Source of the DNA: Thermococcus kodakarensis KOD1
Lineage (GTDB): Archaea; Methanobacteriota_B; Thermococci; Thermococcales; Thermococcaceae
NCBI RefSeq assembly: GCF_000009965.1
Contig: NC_006624.1
Coordinates: forward strand, 570,001 to 602,000
Direction of reading: 5' to 3'
Length of the DNA: 32,000 nt
The notes under the pieces are model-generated. The model was not told where the DNA came from, made no database searches, and saw nothing but the letters and a program-made list of their open reading frames with translations. Below, in pieces: positions 27,558 to 32,000 of this stretch (position 1 is the stretch's first letter; each line of letters opens with the position of its first letter). Made by a program: the position numbers and the translations under genes.

Positions 27558-28606
27558 ATTATTTTCAGCTGCTTCTCCGAGAACGCCCGTGGTTCTAACA
27601 ACAGCACGAGAGTTCCACCCTGGGATATAGCGAAGTCCTTAAGCGAGAGGAGGAACTTCAGGGTGCTCTCAAAGCCGTTCTCTAGGACGAGATACTCGAA
27701 GCCGTCGAGCACAACAAGCGAGTGGCCGCTATCTAAGTATTTCTTCACTATATCAACTAGGATTCCAATATCCGTTGGAGAAACGGCTATGATGTTATCG
27801 GACACCTGACCTTTGGCTGCCTTCGTGACCCAAAAGACCTGAAACAAAGGCCTGAGATCTTTTGGAGGGTCTCTGGTTATTAAAACACCGTTTCCTGTTT
27901 CCTGCATAGTTCTAATAAGGCGTTCTACGGTATCTTTGCTGGTCGTGTAAAAAGCTCCCCGCGGAATTTTGATTATCGGCATTTCTGGTGGATTTATCGT
28001 GAGGAAAGAGTACGTTGTTATTCCAACGAGCATCATAAACCTGGCAAGGGCACCGGCACCGTAGAGGTAGCCGGAAACCGTCTTGATTTCGTGTGTGACT
28101 GGAAAGGTTACGTTTATAACCCCCAATAAAATCGCCCCGGCAGGAAAGAGAACTGCAGTGCTCTCCTTCCAGATGCTCTCCTTGAAAAGTACATAGCCTA
28201 GGAATATGAGCGACACACCAAGAAGCACTAGGGGATAAGCCATTATGTAAAAATCCCCAAGTCCAGCGAGGGTAGCGAGCACGACGTAAGTTATGCCACT
28301 CGTGGAGACTAGAAGAAGAATGAGTTGTCCAAAAAATTTCCTCAGGACACCAAGAAACGACAGCGAAGCCAATAAGAAAAACATCCCCTCTACGACGGCC
28401 ATGAGTGACATTACAACGGGCAGGGCTTCGATTTTGGGAACCCATCCAAGAGCCTCAAGAATGCGCTTCTGACTTATTGCCCCCAAGAAGTCGAACCACA
28501 GGGCTATGCTCAGGAACAGCATCTCGGATTTCTTGTTCCTGGCCCACTTATACGTGGCCAGTCCCCACGTTGCGAGCCGTGTAATTAAGTTTACAACCTC
28601 TATCAC
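27527..28606 (-). CDS. DUF835-domain membrane protein (N-terminal ~7 TM, C-terminal cytoplasmic DUF835)
   Basis: 359 aa. The C-terminus (GVLITRDPP...WVTK...SPTDIGILVDIVKKYL...VVLDGFEYLVLENGFESTLKFLLSLKD) matches the Thermococcales DUF835 pattern. GTG start has a GGAGTGAG SD. The 3' end overlaps the MopB gene by 31 nt. Confidence 0.7.
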   Translation of the reverse strand: MIEVVNLITRLATWGLATYKWARNKKSEMLFLSIALWFDFLGAISQKRILEALGWVPKIEALPVVMSLMAVVEGMFFLLASLSFLGVLRKFFGQLILLLVSTSGITYVVLATLAGLGDFYIMAYPLVLLGVSLIFLGYVLFKESIWKESTAVLFPAGAILLGVINVTFPVTHEIKTVSGYLYGAGALARFMMLVGITTYSFLTINPPEMPIIKIPRGAFYTTSKDTVERLIRTMQETGNGVLITRDPPKDLRPLFQVFWVTKAAKGQVSDNIIAVSPTDIGILVDIVKKYLDSGHSLVVLDGFEYLVLENGFESTLKFLLSLKDFAISQGGTLVLLLEPRAFSEKQLKIIQREFEEFEF

Positions 28607-28701
28607 GAATGCTCACTCCGTATTTTATTATCTATTCTGAAAGAGATAAAAGTTTCGCAAGTTCATGCAGTCAGTTTGAAGTTCATGGGGAAATAATACC
28701 C

Positions 28702-29406
28702 TCAAAGCACCCTTCTCCTGAACAGCAACACCAGGGGTACCAGCCATGCCAGATGGACGGCGAGGGCTATTGGAAAGTCGCTGTAGTCGTTGGTAGGTAT
28801 TCCCTCGAAGACTTTGTAGAGCCAGTAAGTTGGAAGGAACGCCGTGAACCTGCTCCAGTCCGTTGAGAGGTTCCGCCACACGACGACGAGCTTTATCACC
28901 GGCGGAAGCATTAGGAGCCAGCCGAGGACTTTGCTCACCGTCAAAGCCTGCATCCTCGATTCCGAGAACACCGTAATTAACAGCCCGTAAATCCAGACTT
29001 CGAGCAGGAAGAGTGCAATCAAAGCTAGAATACCTTTTTGAGGAATCTCAATGTCGAGGATGTATGGTGCAGCGGCAGTCAGGAGGGCAGTTACTATCGA
29101 GGCCCAGGTCAGCCTGTATGCCAGGAAGGCCTCGCTGGATATTGGAATCACCTTAAGTGCCTGTATCGTCTTGTCCTCCTTCTCGTCGGCCATCATAAAA
29201 CCTGGCAACATGCCGAATATCATTGGTATGAATATCAGGCCCAGGAGGGCCAGGAGGGAATAATAGACCCCGATGCGGTCTTTGAAGTAGCGGACGATGA
29301 GGAGGAGGACGAGCGTCATGGCAACGCTGTACAGAAGCATCGGGTCCCTCCTCAGGAGCTTGAGGTCGGTTCTGTAAATTGTCCCAAACTTCCTCACAAA
29401 GCTCAT
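28702..29406 (-). CDS. ABC-2 type transporter permease
   Basis: 234 aa with 6 predicted TM. 4-nt overlap with the upstream permease; part of a three-gene operon with the ATPase at 30101-30952. Confidence 0.7.
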   Translation of the reverse strand: MSFVRKFGTIYRTDLKLLRRDPMLLYSVAMTLVLLLIVRYFKDRIGVYYSLLALLGLIFIPMIFGMLPGFMMADEKEDKTIQALKVIPISSEAFLAYRLTWASIVTALLTAAAPYILDIEIPQKGILALIALFLLEVWIYGLLITVFSESRMQALTVSKVLGWLLMLPPVIKLVVVWRNLSTDWSRFTAFLPTYWLYKVFEGIPTNDYSDFPIALAVHLAWLVPLVLLFRRRVL

Positions 29407-30104
29407 CTCAACCCCTCCACGGCGTACTTGTAAAACTGGATTTTAGCCGCGTAATAGGCCACAGCCGACCAGAGAAGCAGAGCCACTCCCGAAAGCGCTA
29501 AGGTGTCACTTGAAACCTCCACGAACGGCGCCTTGAAGAAGTAGAGCGCCGGGTAGCTTGGTACAAGGTAGAGGACTTTCCAGAGCGGGTGCGTCAGGTA
29601 GCCGTGGTAGTGGGCGAAGGGCAGGAGCGAGACCACCAGAACTGCCATTATCGGGATGAAGTAGTCGTCCAGGTCGCGGTATTTTGCAGATATAGCTATC
29701 CCGAGAAGGGTGTAAACCGCGGAGCACAGGAAGACCCCCGCGATGACGTAGGGAAGCCCGTCGAGGGAGCGCGTTCCCACGGCCATTATGAGAATGGCAC
29801 CAATCACCGAGAGAACGCTCATTATGATCGTTTTTGCCAGAATGTAGCTCCTCCACTCTATCGGCGTCACTGCCAGGGCGCTTATTGCCCCGTCTTTCTT
29901 CTCAGCGAATATCTCCGTTCCAACGAACATGAAGCCCACTAAGCCCGGCTCGAATAGTAAGAATATAGGCACCATCGTCGGGAGGTACTGCTCTGGAAAC
30001 GCCAAGAGCATCAGGCCGTAGGCCAAACCTATCAGCATGTATATCGGGTAGACGAAGCTCCTGAACCCGACGATTACGCTTGTCTTCAGCAGGTTCTTCA
30101 TCAT
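29403..30104 (-). CDS. ABC-2 type transporter permease
   Basis: 233 aa with 6 predicted TM. 4-nt overlaps on both sides. Confidence 0.7.
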   Translation of the reverse strand: MMKNLLKTSVIVGFRSFVYPIYMLIGLAYGLMLLAFPEQYLPTMVPIFLLFEPGLVGFMFVGTEIFAEKKDGAISALAVTPIEWRSYILAKTIIMSVLSVIGAILIMAVGTRSLDGLPYVIAGVFLCSAVYTLLGIAISAKYRDLDDYFIPIMAVLVVSLLPFAHYHGYLTHPLWKVLYLVPSYPALYFFKAPFVEVSSDTLALSGVALLLWSAVAYYAAKIQFYKYAVEGLR

Positions 30105-30952
30105 ACGAGCCGCCTCCCCGTCACCTTGAGGAATATCTCCTCCAAGGTCGGCTCCTCCGTGTTGATCCGCCTTATCTCGTGGTTCCTCAGGATATTCAGG
30201 AACTCCTCGTTCTGGCCGATGCCCTCAAGCGGGAACTCCGCGGTCTTAACGCTCCCGTTCTCAACGTACTCGACCTTCACGAGCCTCTTCCCCATCTTGA
30301 CCTTGAGCTCGCCTGGGTTATCAACCAGCCTTACGGAGCCGTCGACGATGAAGGCAACCCTGTCGCAAAGCTCATCGGCCACGTACATGTTGTGGGTGGT
30401 GAGAAAAATCGTCTTCCCGCTTTCCCTCATCTCGAGGAATAGGTCTTTGAACTTTCTCGCACTCGCTGGGTCGAGGCCCTCAAGCGGCTCGTCGAGGAAG
30501 AGTATGTCGGGGTCGGGGAGAAGGGCCCTCGCGATGTCGAGTTTCTTCCTCATGCCCTTCGAGAAGCCAGCAACGAGCTGATCAGCCTCCTTGTCGAGCC
30601 CGACCATTTTGAGGACTTCCATCGGGTCGAGGTGCTTCTTGTAGAAGCTCGCGAAGAACTCGAGGTTTTCGAGGGCAGTCAAGCGGGAGTAAACCGCTGG
30701 AAACTCGAATGAGACACCGATTCTGTTGTAGTAGTCCTTGCCCCACTCGCGCAGGTCTTTTCCGAGAACTTTGGCCGTTCCTTCATAGTCCCTGATTATC
30801 TTGACGAGGATTTTGACGGTGGTCGTCTTTCCAGCCCCGTTCGGACCGAGAAAGCCGTAGATTTCGCCCTCCTCGACCTCGAAGCTTAAGTTTTCCACAC
30901 CCCTAACATCGCCGTAGTACTTTCTAATATTCTTAACCTCAATTACAGGCAT
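30101..30952 (-). CDS. ABC transporter ATP-binding protein (ABC-2/multidrug-type)
   Basis: Walker A GPNGAGKTTT, signature FSKGMRKK, Walker B ILFLDEPLEGLD, H-loop TTHNM. SD GGTGA lies before the ATG. Confidence 0.92.
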   Translation of the reverse strand: MPVIEVKNIRKYYGDVRGVENLSFEVEEGEIYGFLGPNGAGKTTTVKILVKIIRDYEGTAKVLGKDLREWGKDYYNRIGVSFEFPAVYSRLTALENLEFFASFYKKHLDPMEVLKMVGLDKEADQLVAGFSKGMRKKLDIARALLPDPDILFLDEPLEGLDPASARKFKDLFLEMRESGKTIFLTTHNMYVADELCDRVAFIVDGSVRLVDNPGELKVKMGKRLVKVEYVENGSVKTAEFPLEGIGQNEEFLNILRNHEIRRINTEEPTLEEIFLKVTGRRLV

Positions 30953-31071
30953 GCTTTCACCAATTCAAAATAGGGCTTTGAAGTAGTTATAGTTACCCCC
31001 GCACATGTGTGGGATGACCAAAAGGGCAATTTTTAAATACATTTGTATTCCATTTGTAGTTGGTGAAGAAA

Positions 31072-31398
31072 ATGGGAGAGACTGGGACAGACCACCCAAT
31101 CTCCGTGAGGCTTCCCGGATATGTTGTCGAAAAGATTGATGAGCTCGTGAGGGAGAAAGAGTTCAGAAGCCGCTCTGACTTCATAAAGTTCGCCGTCACG
31201 ATGGCACTGGGACAGATAATGATGGAAAAAGCGCGGAAAAGGGCAAAGAAGCTCACTCTAGAAGATCTTAAAAGAGAAGCGGAAGAGGCATGGGAGAAGC
31301 TTAAACGTGGGGAGTTCGAGGAAGAGGGGTCCGAAGTCCTAAAGGCTCTCAGGGAGATAAATGAGGAGACCAAGAGGCTTACGGGTGCAGAGGGATGA
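31072..31398 (+). CDS. ribbon-helix-helix (CopG-like) antitoxin
   Basis: ISVRLPGYVVEKIDELVREKEFRSRSDFIKFAV is an RHH fold signature. TATA TTTTAAATA at 31031-31039 and SD GGTGA at 31062-31066. 4-nt overlap with the PIN gene. Confidence 0.75.
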   Translation: MGETGTDHPISVRLPGYVVEKIDELVREKEFRSRSDFIKFAVTMALGQIMMEKARKRAKKLTLEDLKREAEEAWEKLKRGEFEEEGSEVLKALREINEETKRLTGAEG

Positions 31399-31835
31399 AA
31401 GTCGTCCTCGACACGAACGTCGTGCTGGCGGCCCTGATAAAGCCCGAGGGTTTATCGGCACTTCTAATCAAGGCCCTGGATGGAGAGCGGCTCATCAACT
31501 TCACGAGTGAGGATGCTCTCGACGAGCTTACCCTAAAAATTGGACTTTTAGCCGAAAAAGGAAAGATTTCTCCAGGCTGGGAAGAGACTTTAGCCCACTT
31601 CTTGAGGGGCTCCGAAATTGTCTCTCCATCCACTAGCTTTAACCTCTGCAGGGATCCGGACGACAATAAGTGGCTGGAGATATCTTATGAAGCGGGAGCA
31701 GGTTACATCCTTACCTGGGATGACGACCTCCTGAGCCTTCGAAATGAAGAAAAGGCTGTAAAACTCGGGAATCACGAGGTTAAAATCCTCAAACCCCTGG
31801 AATTCTATAGAGAGATTCTGAAATCAAAATGTTGA
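31395..31835 (+). CDS. PIN-domain toxin (PIN_3/TIGR00305-like)
   Basis: MKVVLDTNVVLAAL (first acidic residue), and a later ILTWDDDLLSL block. ATGA overlap with the RHH gene. Confidence 0.8.
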   Translation: MKVVLDTNVVLAALIKPEGLSALLIKALDGERLINFTSEDALDELTLKIGLLAEKGKISPGWEETLAHFLRGSEIVSPSTSFNLCRDPDDNKWLEISYEAGAGYILTWDDDLLSLRNEEKAVKLGNHEVKILKPLEFYREILKSKC

Positions 31836-31918
31836 CTAGACAGGCAAATTACAACCTGCCTAAACAATCTCCCTAACTCCAACTGCCCCCAGAATAAGCC
31901 CCTTTCATAGGCTCCCGC

Positions 31919-31999
31919 CTACTCAATAACCCCTTCCAGAACCTTCTTCAAACCCTTCCTAAGGTGCTCCTTCACGGTTGATGGACTTAGGCCGAGCAT
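31919..31999 (-). CDS. 3' end of a helix-turn-helix (HTH_10/bacterio-opsin-activator-like) regulator, truncated by the window edge
   Basis: The minus-strand frame reads ...LGLSPSTVKEHLRKGLKKVLEGVIE* with the stop (CTA on the plus strand) at 31919-31921. Confidence 0.45.
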   Translation of the reverse strand: MLGLSPSTVKEHLRKGLKKVLEGVIE

Positions 32000-32000
32000 C

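Overview
The window reads as a Thermococcales-type (Thermococcus-like) euryarchaeal chromosome segment. Sampled 60-nt lines are G+C-rich (e.g. 37/60 at 8401-8460). Genes are tightly packed, many with 4-8 nt overlaps. Starts carry GGTGA/GGAGGTG Shine-Dalgarno motifs, or an A/T-rich TATA box about 26 nt upstream of a leaderless ATG. Hallmark archaeal housekeeping genes are present: CDC48/VCP, deoxyhypusine synthase, thermosome, Bud32, glyoxylate reductase, Sir2, a MutS5-like ATPase and HtpX.

Two AT-rich accessory patches interrupt this backbone. Patch 1 (~9040-12579) is the main finding. It holds a 32-codon ORF below the ORF-track size cutoff (9363-9461, MKSLDLKAIIPPVAPSAGGSGNYCCCNKVNTN) with a strong SD. 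Next comes a T-tract, then a radical SAM enzyme whose true start is 9532, with a PqqD/RRE-like N-terminus, CX3CX2C and a reduced SPASM/Twitch-like C-terminus. A fused TMD-NBD ABC exporter follows, translationally coupled through an 8-nt overlap. Together this looks like a compact RiPP-type (thioether/sacti- or ranthipeptide-like) biosynthesis and export locus in a hyperthermophilic archaeon. It appears to have been inserted next to an orphaned MNT-type nucleotidyltransferase whose putative HEPN partner is reduced to a 13-codon stub. Novelty cannot be verified without database searches.

Patch 2 (~16390-18225) carries a rhomboid protease and an unclassifiable ~8-TM protein.

Other notable items:
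- an extended SurR-type motif (GTTn3AACn5GTTn3AAC) in the 7594-7765 divergent promoter;
- an RHH-PIN toxin-antitoxin pair;
- an ABC-2 transporter operon;
- a DUF835 membrane protein;
- a partner-less molybdopterin oxidoreductase in a tight four-gene operon.

No rRNA, tRNA, CRISPR array, transposase or integrase was recognised.
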